NCBI GenBank assembly: GCA_965243595.1
Contig: OZ251569.1
Location: forward strand, 513,177 to 577,176
DNA length: 64,000 nt
Reading direction: 5' to 3'
From: Thermodesulfobacteriota bacterium
GTDB taxonomy: Bacteria > Desulfobacterota_D > UBA1144 > Nemesobacterales > Nemesobacteraceae
A program made the translations under genes and the position numbers. Shown here one piece after another: positions 38,551 through 47,158 of this stretch; position 1 is the stretch's first letter, and the number at the start of each line of letters is the position of its first letter. Under the pieces are notes generated by a model. It was not told the DNA's origin. It worked only from the letters and a program-made list of their open reading frames with translations, and did no database searches.

Positions 38551-39102
38551 CTATGAAAGGAGGATTTCGTCAATTTCTCTTTGCGCTTCAAGTTCCGCCG
38601 CCGCTTCTCCCGCTTTTTCCCGGCTGTAACCCAGGGCGTAAAGAAGCTGCTCGTAAGTAATTTCAAAAGAAGAATCTTTGGGATTTTTCCACTCCCTGCA
38701 CTTTCTGTGAGTATAGTGGCTGAGTCCCCACTGGTTCATGTGACCGAACCGGCGCCACACTTGCGCCAGAATTTCCAGAGTCACGTTCCCCAGAAGATCC
38801 AGGTCCGCCGGTTCGTATTCTCTTGCCAGGGAGACTTCGTGGTTCCTTATCGGCGACACCCACATGGACCATCCATTGTCCGAATGTCCGCATCCCTTCA
38901 TGTAGTTCAAAGTATTGATGAGGACGGGGCCGTAGGGCATGGCCGCCAGCCTGTCTCCCAAAATGGGGTAGCCTCTTTGTTCGATGGAAGTTCTTTCGGC
39001 CAGGTAAAGCAGCTTCATGAGCTTCATGTGAGGCATTGAATTTCCCGGACTTTTACGCAGAAACCAGGCGGCCATCTGCCCTGCGATTTCTATGTCGAAC
39101 AT
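38551..39102 (-). CDS. Panacea-domain (DUF4065/SocA-like) antitoxin PanA
   Basis: 'MFDIEIAGQMAAWFLRKS...MKLMKLLYLAERTSIEQRGYPILGDRLAAMPYGPVLINTLNYMKG'. Confidence 0.8.
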   Translation of the reverse strand: MFDIEIAGQMAAWFLRKSPGNSMPHMKLMKLLYLAERTSIEQRGYPILGDRLAAMPYGPVLINTLNYMKGCGHSDNGWSMWVSPIRNHEVSLAREYEPADLDLLGNVTLEILAQVWRRFGHMNQWGLSHYTHRKCREWKNPKDSSFEITYEQLLYALGYSREKAGEAAAELEAQREIDEILLS

Positions 39103-39235
39103 TTTGATTCGCTCTCCTCGCGATACGGAGCTTACCAAGAATACCATACCGCCGCGTTTTCGGATCTGAAAACGCGACCGTTGAATATCCCGACGCGTGA
39201 AGGGAAACAAGCTTCCCCCGGAAAAATTACGGAAG

Positions 39236-39309
39236 AGCGGGCGACGGGATTCGAACCCGCGACCCTTAGCTTGGGAAGCTAATGCTCTGGCCAGCTGAGC
39301 TACACCCGC
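39236..39309 (-). tRNA. tRNA-Gly (anticodon CCC)
   Basis: Cloverleaf read by eye: acceptor GCGGGTG/CGCCCGC, D-arm TAGCTCAGCTGG, anticodon loop TT-CCC-AA, T-arm GGTTCGAATCC. CCA is not encoded. Confidence 0.8.
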
Positions 39310-39385
39310 TTGGTACGTCGCCCGTAAGTCTAGACTTGTCCGGCGGGAAAATCAAACCGCCGGCGTTCGGTATAATATAATCCCC

Positions 39386-40312
39386 GTGGAAAAGACCCGA
39401 AGCACAGGACACCTGATTACGGAAAGAACGAACCCGAGGACCGTCGACATAGACGAACTTCCGCGCGCGCGGATAGTCGATCTCGTAAACGGCGAGGACC
39501 GCGCCGCGTTCGACGCCGTTTCCAAGGCGAAGGAATCCGTCGCGGCGGCCGTCGACGTCGTTTTCCGTTCCCTGAAGGAAGGGGGCAGGGTTTTCTTCGT
39601 CGGAGCGGGCACGAGCGGACGCCTGGGGGTTCTCGAAGCGGCGGAATGTCCGCCGACTTTCGGAACGGACCCCGAGACGGTGCAGGCGGTGATGGCCGGG
39701 GGCCGCGACGCGGTGTGGAGTTCCGTGGAGGGGGCCGAGGATTCGGTCGAGGCTTCCGTGGAGGCCCTCCGCGGAAAAAAACTCTCGTCCCGGGACGCGC
39801 TCGTCGGAATCGCCGCGAGCGCGGGAACTCCTTTCGTCGCGTCGGCGCTCGACTACGCCCGGGCCGTCGGCTGTCCGACGGTTCTCGTCGCCTGCAACGA
39901 AACGGACGCGTCGGCGGCGGACGTCGTGGTGACGCTTCTCTGCGGCCCCGAGGTCATAGTGGGCTCGACCAGGCTAAAGGCCGGTACGGCCACCAAGATG
40001 GCGCTCAACACCATCACGACCGCCTCCATGGTGCTTCTCGGCAAGACTTACGGAAACCTGATGGTGGATCTGCAACCGAAGTCGGAAAAGCTCGTCGACA
40101 GGGCCGAGAGAATGATAATGGACGTGTGCGGCGTCGAGCGAGGCGAGGCGAGGGAGCTTTTCTCCCGGGCCGATGGAAACGTGAAGGCCGCGGCGGTGAT
40201 GAAGCTTAGAAATCTTCCGCTCGGCGAATCCCTCGAGCTGCTCGAGAGAAACGGCGGCTTTCTGAAAAAGGCCCTGGGCGAGGCGTCCGGCGGACAAGGA
40301 GAACTCAAGTGA
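39386..40312 (+). CDS. murQ: N-acetylmuramic acid 6-phosphate etherase MurQ
   Basis: SIS domain 'VFFVGAGTSGRLGVLEAAECPPTFG'. GTG start. Confidence 0.85.
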   Translation: MEKTRSTGHLITERTNPRTVDIDELPRARIVDLVNGEDRAAFDAVSKAKESVAAAVDVVFRSLKEGGRVFFVGAGTSGRLGVLEAAECPPTFGTDPETVQAVMAGGRDAVWSSVEGAEDSVEASVEALRGKKLSSRDALVGIAASAGTPFVASALDYARAVGCPTVLVACNETDASAADVVVTLLCGPEVIVGSTRLKAGTATKMALNTITTASMVLLGKTYGNLMVDLQPKSEKLVDRAERMIMDVCGVERGEARELFSRADGNVKAAAVMKLRNLPLGESLELLERNGGFLKKALGEASGGQGELK

Positions 40313-41490
40313 ACTGGCTTTCCTCCCTGCTCTCGAAGAAGGAAAAACTGGTCGTGGGGCTTAGCTCCGGGACCTCGATGGACGGCATAGACGCGGCGCT
40401 CGTAGCGATTTCGGGCTCGGGAGCGGACACCGAGGTCCGCATAGAGGACTTCATCTGCCGGGACTATTCCCCGACGGCCAAGGGGATTCTTTTCGCTCCC
40501 CGCGCGCTCGAAGCCGCCGACGTCTCCGACCTCAACTTCCAGCTCGGAAGCGAGTTCGCCGAAGCCGTGGTCGAGATTCTTCGCAGAAACGGTCTCGAAA
40601 CCACGGACGTGGACCTCGTGGGAAGCCACGGACAGACGATCTTCCACAACCCCCCTTCGCTCAACTTCGACATCCCCTCCACCCTCCAGGTCGGCGAACC
40701 GGACGTCATCTGCGAGGAGACGGGAATCACCACCGTGGCCGATTTCAGGACCAGGGACCTCGCCGCGGGCGGAGAGGGGGCGCCGCTCGTTCCCTATGCG
40801 GACTTCATCCTGTTTTCGGGGGCGGGGAAAAACGTGATAGCCCAGAACATAGGCGGAATCTCGAACTGCGCCCTGGTCACCGGAAAGTTCGAGGAGCTGA
40901 TCGCCTTCGACACCGGCCCCGGAAACTCGCTCGTCGATTCGGTGGTGCGCATAGACTCGGACGACGAGATGTTCTACGACAAGGACGGCGCCATGGCGTC
41001 GGAGGGTTCCGTGGACGAGGGGCTTCTGCGCGAGCTGATGAGGGACTTCTACCTTCGCCGAAAGCCCCCCAAGTCAACCGGCCCGGAGCGTTTCGGAATG
41101 GTCATGGCCGAGGAGTATTTCCTTCTCGTGGAAAACGGGGAGATCTCGGTCGAGGACCTTCTGCGCACCCTGGTCGAGTTCACCGCCTGCTCCATAGCGG
41201 ACGCCTACCGGAGATTCGTCTACCCCTCGGCGGAAGTGGACGAGGTGATCCTGAGCGGCGGCGGAGCGCGAAATCCGCTTCTGGTCTCGAGGCTCGCGGA
41301 CAGGCTGGGAGACGTTCCGCTCGTTTTCTCGGACGACTACGGCATCCCCGTCGACGCGAAGGAGGCGGTCGCCTTCGCCGTTCTGGCGAACGAGACCGCG
41401 TGCGCCAACCGGGCGAACGTGCCCGCGGCCACGGGGGCCCGCGGCCCGACCATTCTCGGGAAAATATCGATCGGAAAAAACCACGCCTAG
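40309..41490 (+). CDS. anmK: Anhydro-N-acetylmuramic acid kinase AnmK
   Basis: 'LVVGLSSGTSMDGIDAALV' N-terminus. 393 aa. 4-nt overlap with murQ. Confidence 0.85.
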   Translation: MNWLSSLLSKKEKLVVGLSSGTSMDGIDAALVAISGSGADTEVRIEDFICRDYSPTAKGILFAPRALEAADVSDLNFQLGSEFAEAVVEILRRNGLETTDVDLVGSHGQTIFHNPPSLNFDIPSTLQVGEPDVICEETGITTVADFRTRDLAAGGEGAPLVPYADFILFSGAGKNVIAQNIGGISNCALVTGKFEELIAFDTGPGNSLVDSVVRIDSDDEMFYDKDGAMASEGSVDEGLLRELMRDFYLRRKPPKSTGPERFGMVMAEEYFLLVENGEISVEDLLRTLVEFTACSIADAYRRFVYPSAEVDEVILSGGGARNPLLVSRLADRLGDVPLVFSDDYGIPVDAKEAVAFAVLANETACANRANVPAATGARGPTILGKISIGKNHA

Positions 41491-41494
41491 CTCC

Positions 41495-43012
41495 ATGTAC
41501 GAAAATCCCGCGGTGTTTTCCCCGAAAGACGTCCCGGCCGCCCGAAGGGCGGGGCGGTTCGTCATGCCTAGAATCGATTTCGGGGATCCCGGGACGGTCG
41601 GGCGGGCGGAGGCACTCGTGCGCGACTTCGGCGTCTGCGGGTTCATAGTGTTTCGGGGGGAGATCGAGGAGGTCAGGGAGACCACCGCGAGGCTCGACGC
41701 CCTCTCGGATTTTCCGCTTCTTTTCGGCTGCGACGTCGAGCGGGGTCTCGGACAGCGGGTCCGGGGCGGAACCTATTTCCCGTTCGCGATGTCCCAGGGC
41801 GCGGCGGACGACCCCGATCTCGTCCGCCGCCAGGCCGCCGCCACGGCGGAGGAGATGAGGTACTGCGGACTCAACCTCGCCTTCGCCCCCGTTCTCGACG
41901 TGAACTCCGAGCCCCGCAATCCCATAATAAACGTGAGGGCGTTCTCCGACGACCCGTCCGCGGTCTCGCGCCTGGGCGGAGCGTTCGCCGAGACCCTCCA
42001 GAAGGAAGGGGTCATGGCGTGCGCGAAGCATTTTCCCGGCCACGGGGCGACCGCGCGCGATTCCCACGTCGAGCTTCCGGTCGTCGAAAAATCCCTCGAA
42101 AGCCTCATGGAACGCGACGTCGCTCCCTTCCGCGAGGCGGTCGCCGGACGGCTCTGCTGCGTCATGCCCGCCCACGTCTCGTATCCCGCCCTCGACCCGG
42201 GGGGAGTTCCGGCGACGCTCTCCGCCCCGATCCTCGGAGATCTTCTTCGGGAAAGGCTGGGATTCGACGGCATCGTGGTCTCCGATTCCTTCATGATGGA
42301 CGCCCTCGGGGGAGCGGAGAAGGAGGAGGAGAACATGCTCTCCGCGATTTCCCGCGGAGTGGACGTGGTTCTCGACCCGCGCGACCCCGCCGGGTTTCTC
42401 GAAAAAAACGGGAACGGCGCGTTTTTCCGGGATCCCGCCCGCGCGGAGTCCCTGGCCAGGACGTTCCGCGCCGCGGGACTTTTCGCCCCGAAGAAGACCG
42501 ACGTTCCCGCGCCCGATTTCGAAGGCAACCGGAAGCTCGCAGAAGAGATATGCGCCCGGTCGGCCTGCGTGCTTCGGGGCGGAGCGCTTCGCGGAGAGAG
42601 GATATTTCTCTGCTGCTTCGCGGCCGCGGAGAACCCCGGCCTGCTCGACGCTCTCGTCGCCGCGCTCGAAAAGGGGGGAAAGAGGGTGGAGAGAAGGTTC
42701 TCCTTTCCCGAAAATCCCCCGCTTCCCGACGGCGTCTCGCTTCTCTGCGTGGTTTCGACCGGGGTTTCGGCCTGGACGCGCGACTGCTTCGTTCCCGACG
42801 CCGCGGCGGGGTGGATAGACGGCTTTTCCGGCTTTTCGGGCGAAAAGGCGCTTCTGTGCTTCGGCTCTCCCTATCCCGCGGCGCGCTTCGGCTTTTTCGA
42901 CGCAGCGGTCGCTCTTTTCGATTCCGTGCCCGGGGCGGGCCGCGCGGCCGCGGGGATTCTTCTGGGAGAGAGGACGGCGGGGGCGGAGCTTCCGGTGGAC
43001 ATCGGCCGATGA
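41495..43012 (+). CDS. nagZ: Glycoside hydrolase family 3 beta-N-acetylhexosaminidase (NagZ-like) with a C-terminal extension
   Basis: 'KHFPGHGATARDSHVELPVV' GH3 active-site region. Confidence 0.8.
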   Translation: MYENPAVFSPKDVPAARRAGRFVMPRIDFGDPGTVGRAEALVRDFGVCGFIVFRGEIEEVRETTARLDALSDFPLLFGCDVERGLGQRVRGGTYFPFAMSQGAADDPDLVRRQAAATAEEMRYCGLNLAFAPVLDVNSEPRNPIINVRAFSDDPSAVSRLGGAFAETLQKEGVMACAKHFPGHGATARDSHVELPVVEKSLESLMERDVAPFREAVAGRLCCVMPAHVSYPALDPGGVPATLSAPILGDLLRERLGFDGIVVSDSFMMDALGGAEKEEENMLSAISRGVDVVLDPRDPAGFLEKNGNGAFFRDPARAESLARTFRAAGLFAPKKTDVPAPDFEGNRKLAEEICARSACVLRGGALRGERIFLCCFAAAENPGLLDALVAALEKGGKRVERRFSFPENPPLPDGVSLLCVVSTGVSAWTRDCFVPDAAAGWIDGFSGFSGEKALLCFGSPYPAARFGFFDAAVALFDSVPGAGRAAAGILLGERTAGAELPVDIGR

Positions 43013-44748
43013 CCCTCCACCCCGTCGACTGGATTCTCGTTGGCTGCTACCTTCTATTCTCCCTCGGGGTCGGCTTCTGGTTCTCGAAAAGGGCGTCGGG
43101 AAGCGTCTCCTCCTACTTCGTTTCGGGCAGGAAGCTTCCCTGGTGGCTTCTCGGAACCTCCATGGTCGCCACCACCTTCGCCGCCGACACCCCGCTGGCC
43201 GTGACGGGATGGATAAGGACGGAAGGCATATGGAAGAACTGGTTCTGGTGGAACTACGCGTTCAGCCACGCTCTCGTGATAATCGTTTTCTCCAGGCTCT
43301 GGAGGAGGGCGGAGGTGGTGACCGACAACGAGCTCATAGAGCTTCGCTACGGGGGTCGGCCCGCCGCGTTTCTTCGGGGGTTCAAGGCGTTTTACTTCTC
43401 CACCGTCTTCAACTTCATAGTCATGGGATGGGTGATAACCGCCATGACCAAGGTGTTTTCGGTCTTTTTCGGAGTGGGGCAGATATACGCGGTGTGTCTC
43501 TGCGTGGGGATAGTGCTCGTCTACACGGTCTTCTCCGGCCTCTGGGGGGTGGTGGTGACGGATTTCGTCCAGTACGCCATAGCCCTTCTCGCCACCGCGG
43601 CCCTGGCGGCGGCGGTGATAAACTCGGACGCCGTCGGGGGGTACTCGCAGTTTCTCGCGAAAATAGGGGAGCTCGACCCCGCGACGACCGCCATGTTCAT
43701 ATCCCCTCCCTCCGAAGGCGGGGAGTTTTTCTCTTCCGACTTTTTCACCTTCGCCGTGTTCATGACCGTGGTCTGGTGGTCTTCCCACAACGCCGACGGC
43801 GGCGGCTACTTCATCCAGCGCCTGTGCTCTGCGAAGGACGAGCGCCACGCGCTGTGGGGAACGGCGTGGTTCGCGCTCAACCACTACGTGCTCCGCTTCT
43901 GGCCCTGGGTGCTCGTGGCCCTCGCCTCGGTCGCCGTCTTTCCCGACGCCCGCGCCGCGGGGGGAGACGACGAGGCCATGTATCTCGTGATGATAAACGA
44001 GTTTCTCTCGCCCGGCCTCCGCGGTCTTCTGCTGGTTTCCTTCCTGGCGGCGTTCATGTCGACGGTCTCCACGCATCTCAACTGGGGAGCTTCCTACATA
44101 GTGAACGACGTGTACGGAAGGTTCGTGCGGAGAAACGCCCCGCAGGAGCATTACGTGCTCGTCTCCAGGATAGCCACCGTGGCCCTGGCCGTCTGCGCCG
44201 GGGCGGTGGCCCTGCGGATAAAGAACATAGGAGACGCGTGGATATTCCTCTGGGCCATGAGCTCGGGCATAGGACTCGTTCTCATTCTGAGGTGGTTCTG
44301 GTGGCGGATAAACGCGTGGAGCGAGATAGCGGCCCTGGGGTCTTCGCTCGTCGCGATGACCGTCATCGTTCTCTGGGCGGGCGCCTCGGGGACGCCGCTT
44401 GAGCTCAGGCACCAGATACTGGTCGTCCCGGTGTCCATAGCGTGCTGGGTCGCGGCCACCTTCCTAACCGCTCCTGAGTCCCCGGAGAAGCTCCGCGCCT
44501 TCTGCGAGAGGGTGAGACCGCCGGGGTTCTGGTCCCCGGTGCGCCCTCGGGCGTCCGCGTCCGAAGAGCGGGCGGGCTTCGGGGGAATCGTTCTCAACTG
44601 GATTCTGGCGGCGTCCTTTCTTCTCTGCCTCATGCTCGGGACCGGAAAGCTGCTTCTCGGCGAGACGGCCTCCGCCCTCGGGCTTCTGGCGGTCTCCGCC
44701 CTGGGGCTCGCGGCGGTCGTCGTCCGCCGCCGCGGGTTTTTCCCCTAG
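43009..44748 (+). CDS. Sodium:solute symporter (SSS) family transporter
   Basis: ATGA start/stop overlap with the nagZ-like gene. About 13 predicted transmembrane segments with SSS-like 'GRKLPWWLLGTSMVATTFAADTPLAVTG'. Confidence 0.75.
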   Translation: MTLHPVDWILVGCYLLFSLGVGFWFSKRASGSVSSYFVSGRKLPWWLLGTSMVATTFAADTPLAVTGWIRTEGIWKNWFWWNYAFSHALVIIVFSRLWRRAEVVTDNELIELRYGGRPAAFLRGFKAFYFSTVFNFIVMGWVITAMTKVFSVFFGVGQIYAVCLCVGIVLVYTVFSGLWGVVVTDFVQYAIALLATAALAAAVINSDAVGGYSQFLAKIGELDPATTAMFISPPSEGGEFFSSDFFTFAVFMTVVWWSSHNADGGGYFIQRLCSAKDERHALWGTAWFALNHYVLRFWPWVLVALASVAVFPDARAAGGDDEAMYLVMINEFLSPGLRGLLLVSFLAAFMSTVSTHLNWGASYIVNDVYGRFVRRNAPQEHYVLVSRIATVALAVCAGAVALRIKNIGDAWIFLWAMSSGIGLVLILRWFWWRINAWSEIAALGSSLVAMTVIVLWAGASGTPLELRHQILVVPVSIACWVAATFLTAPESPEKLRAFCERVRPPGFWSPVRPRASASEERAGFGGIVLNWILAASFLLCLMLGTGKLLLGETASALGLLAVSALGLAAVVVRRRGFFP

Positions 44749-44774
44749 CGCGGGTTTAACGTTCCCTCCTTTAT

Positions 44775-45395
44775 GTGTTATATAGAATGACCGTCGTGGC
44801 CGTAAGCGTGAAAATGATGAAGCGCCCCCGCCTCTCCTTCTGGGAGAGGCTCTACCTGCCCCAGGTGCTGAGGGGGCTTGCGATCACGCTTCGGCACATA
44901 ACGCGCTTTCGGCCGATAACCGTGAAGTATCCCGAGGAGGTGAAGGCCCTTCCCGAAAACTACAGGGGACTTCACGTGATGCCGGGAGACGACGAGGGGC
45001 GGATAAGGTGCGTCGCGTGCAAGCTCTGCGAGATCGCCTGCCCCACCCAGGCCATCTCCATAGTGTCGGAACCGGCGGACGACTACGGCGTCGAGAGGCG
45101 TCCCGAGGTGTACAACATAGATTTCATGCGCTGCGTTTTCTGCGGGTTCTGCGTGGAGGCGTGTCCCTGCGACGCGCTTCGCATGGGAATGAAGTACGAG
45201 CTCGCCTCCTACAGCCGCGCGGGGCTCGTTCACACCAAGGAGGTCTTCTTCGACCCCGACGTGAAAAGCCGGGCGCCCAGGGACAACGCCAACTTTCTCT
45301 ACAGCATGGGACGGGGAGAGATACTGGATTCTCCCGAGGAAGTTTCCGGAACGGAGAAGCTTGACGGCACCTATTCCGCGAAAAAGCATTCTTGA
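44775..45395 (+). CDS. NuoI-like 2x[4Fe-4S] ferredoxin (NADH-quinone oxidoreductase subunit I homolog), orphan
   Basis: 'CVACKLCEIACPTQAI' and 'CVFCGFCVEACPCDAL'. N-terminus 'FWERLYLPQVLRGLAITLRH' is NuoI-like. Confidence 0.75.
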   Translation: MLYRMTVVAVSVKMMKRPRLSFWERLYLPQVLRGLAITLRHITRFRPITVKYPEEVKALPENYRGLHVMPGDDEGRIRCVACKLCEIACPTQAISIVSEPADDYGVERRPEVYNIDFMRCVFCGFCVEACPCDALRMGMKYELASYSRAGLVHTKEVFFDPDVKSRAPRDNANFLYSMGRGEILDSPEEVSGTEKLDGTYSAKKHS

Positions 45396-45448
45396 AACCT
45401 TCCGCGGCTGATTTTTCCGACAGCTTCCGCAAAGACTCTTTGTTCATT

Positions 45449-45459
45449 GTTACGGTAAC
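45449..45459. promoter_or_regulatory. Perfect 11-bp palindrome GTTACGGTAAC in the AT-rich region upstream of higB; candidate operator
   Basis: Read directly. It is followed by a TGAC-N6-GTCA inverted repeat at ~45460–45475. Confidence 0.35.
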
Positions 45460-45543
45460 TTGACGTTTCTGTCAGCTTGTTTATATTCGTCGCAATCCAG
45501 GGAATGAAGTGCTTTAATTTAAAATGGGAGCGGTGTAGTTTGA

Positions 45544-45840
45544 TTGATGCGTGTCGTGTCCAAAAGAAAACTGGAGAAGTTCTGTAAGCGTCATGCGGAT
45601 GCCGAACAATATCTTCTTTCTTGGTTTCGCAAGGCTAGTGCAGAAGACTGGGATAACCCGGGGGAAGTTAAAGCGAGATACGGCAACGTCAAAATTATTA
45701 AAGGAAGCCGAGCGGTCTTCAAGATCAAGGGCAATAAATACAGATTGGTGGTAAGGATTAATTATAGAAAACGAGCGGTCTACATACGTTTTGTAGGTAC
45801 TCACGAGCAATACGATTCTATAGACGCGACGGAGGTATGA
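45544..45840 (+). CDS. higB: HigB-family toxin (RelE/ParE superfamily)
   Basis: 'VFKIKGNKYRLVVRINYRKRAVYIRFVGTHEQYD'. 98 aa. Low-GC region. Confidence 0.8.
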   Translation: MMRVVSKRKLEKFCKRHADAEQYLLSWFRKASAEDWDNPGEVKARYGNVKIIKGSRAVFKIKGNKYRLVVRINYRKRAVYIRFVGTHEQYDSIDATEV

Positions 45841-45934
45841 AAATACGGATTGGCAGCTGAATGAATGACATGTGTTTTAGCTGCGTTTCGTAAGTATCTA
45901 TGCGCAACAGGTTTACATTTGGAGGTGTGTAAAC

Positions 45935-47155
45935 ATGGGTAATATCAAGCCGATTCGCAATGAAGCGGATTACGAAGCCGCATTGGCTCGAATCGAGGAA
46001 ATCTTTGATGCCGAAGCCGGAAGTCCCGAGGAGGAGGAACTTGATGTTCTCATTGATCTGGTCGAACTATATGAGAGCAAGCATGTGGTGCTGGGCTACC
46101 CGGACCCCGTTGAAGCGATCAAGTTTTGTATGGAGCAGTCAAACTTGAAACAACGCGACTTGATTCCTCTTATCGGAAGTCGCGCCAAGGTTTCAGAGGT
46201 TCTTTCCGGCAAACGCGCCATAACGATGTCCATGGCGCGCGCGTTGCACGAACATCTGGGGATTTCCGCTGAAATTTTGCTCGGGAAACCTGGCGGAGTG
46301 TTCGAGAATACGTTGAACGACATTCAATGGAGTCGATTTCCGCTCAAGGAAATGGCAAGGCGCAAGTGGATTCCCGGTGGTTCCGATCTTGATGCACATG
46401 CCGAGGAACTCATCGGCAAGATGGCAACAAAGGCCGGCGGATGGAACGAGACATGCGCCGCCACGCTGTTCAGGAAGAATGCTCATCGGTATGTCAACTC
46501 TAAGACGGATTCTTACGCGCTAAAGGCCTGGTGCTTGCAGGTCTTGGTGCTCGCGAACCGGAATCCACCCCCGGCGAACTACAGGTCAGGCACGGTCACT
46601 CTGGACTTTCTCAGGAAAGTCGCTCGTATCAGCTGGTCGGAAAACGGCCCGCGGCTTGCGAAAGAGTTTTTGGAAAAGCATGGAGTTTCTCTGGTGACCC
46701 TGAGGCATTTGCCAAGAACTTATCTGGACGGAGCCGCCTTGCGTCTGGGCGACGGTCGACCGGTGATCGGGCTTACCCTGCGTTACGACCGCATAGATAA
46801 TTTCTGGTTCTGCCTGCTGCACGAACTTGCGCATTTGGGCCTTCATATGGACAAAGACGACGGGGAAGCATTCGTTGACGATTTAACTCTGCGCAAAACC
46901 GGAGGAACGGTGCGGGATTCAAAAGAAGCGCAGGCCGATCACTGGGCCGAAGAAGCGCTGATACGGAAATCGGTCTGGGAGACGAGCGAGGCGCGGCTGC
47001 GGCCCACCGCCATGGCCGTTATCAACTTGGCGAATTCTCTGAATGTTCATCCGGCGATAGTCGCGGGCAGGGTGCGGCGCGAACGGGACAATTACCGTCT
47101 GCTGTCCCAGTTCGTCGGAAACGGCATGATTAGGTCTCAATTCGATTTTTCCTGA
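45935..47155 (+). CDS. HigA-like HTH antitoxin fused to an ImmA/IrrE (COG2856) HEXXH metallopeptidase domain
   Basis: N-terminus 'IKPIRNEADYEAALARIEEIFDAEAGSPEEEELDVLIDLVELYE...AIKFCMEQSNLKQRDLIPLIGSRAKVSEVLSGKR' and C-terminus 'FCLLHELAHLGLHMDKDD'. 406 aa. Confidence 0.75.
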   Translation: MGNIKPIRNEADYEAALARIEEIFDAEAGSPEEEELDVLIDLVELYESKHVVLGYPDPVEAIKFCMEQSNLKQRDLIPLIGSRAKVSEVLSGKRAITMSMARALHEHLGISAEILLGKPGGVFENTLNDIQWSRFPLKEMARRKWIPGGSDLDAHAEELIGKMATKAGGWNETCAATLFRKNAHRYVNSKTDSYALKAWCLQVLVLANRNPPPANYRSGTVTLDFLRKVARISWSENGPRLAKEFLEKHGVSLVTLRHLPRTYLDGAALRLGDGRPVIGLTLRYDRIDNFWFCLLHELAHLGLHMDKDDGEAFVDDLTLRKTGGTVRDSKEAQADHWAEEALIRKSVWETSEARLRPTAMAVINLANSLNVHPAIVAGRVRRERDNYRLLSQFVGNGMIRSQFDFS

Positions 47156-47158
47156 CGG

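Noticed and set aside
42019-44748. 909-aa ORF spanning the nagZ 3' region and the transporter
   Set aside because: The N-terminal 330 aa are an Arg-rich alternate frame of nagZ. The transporter starts at the ATG at 43009, which overlaps the nagZ stop.
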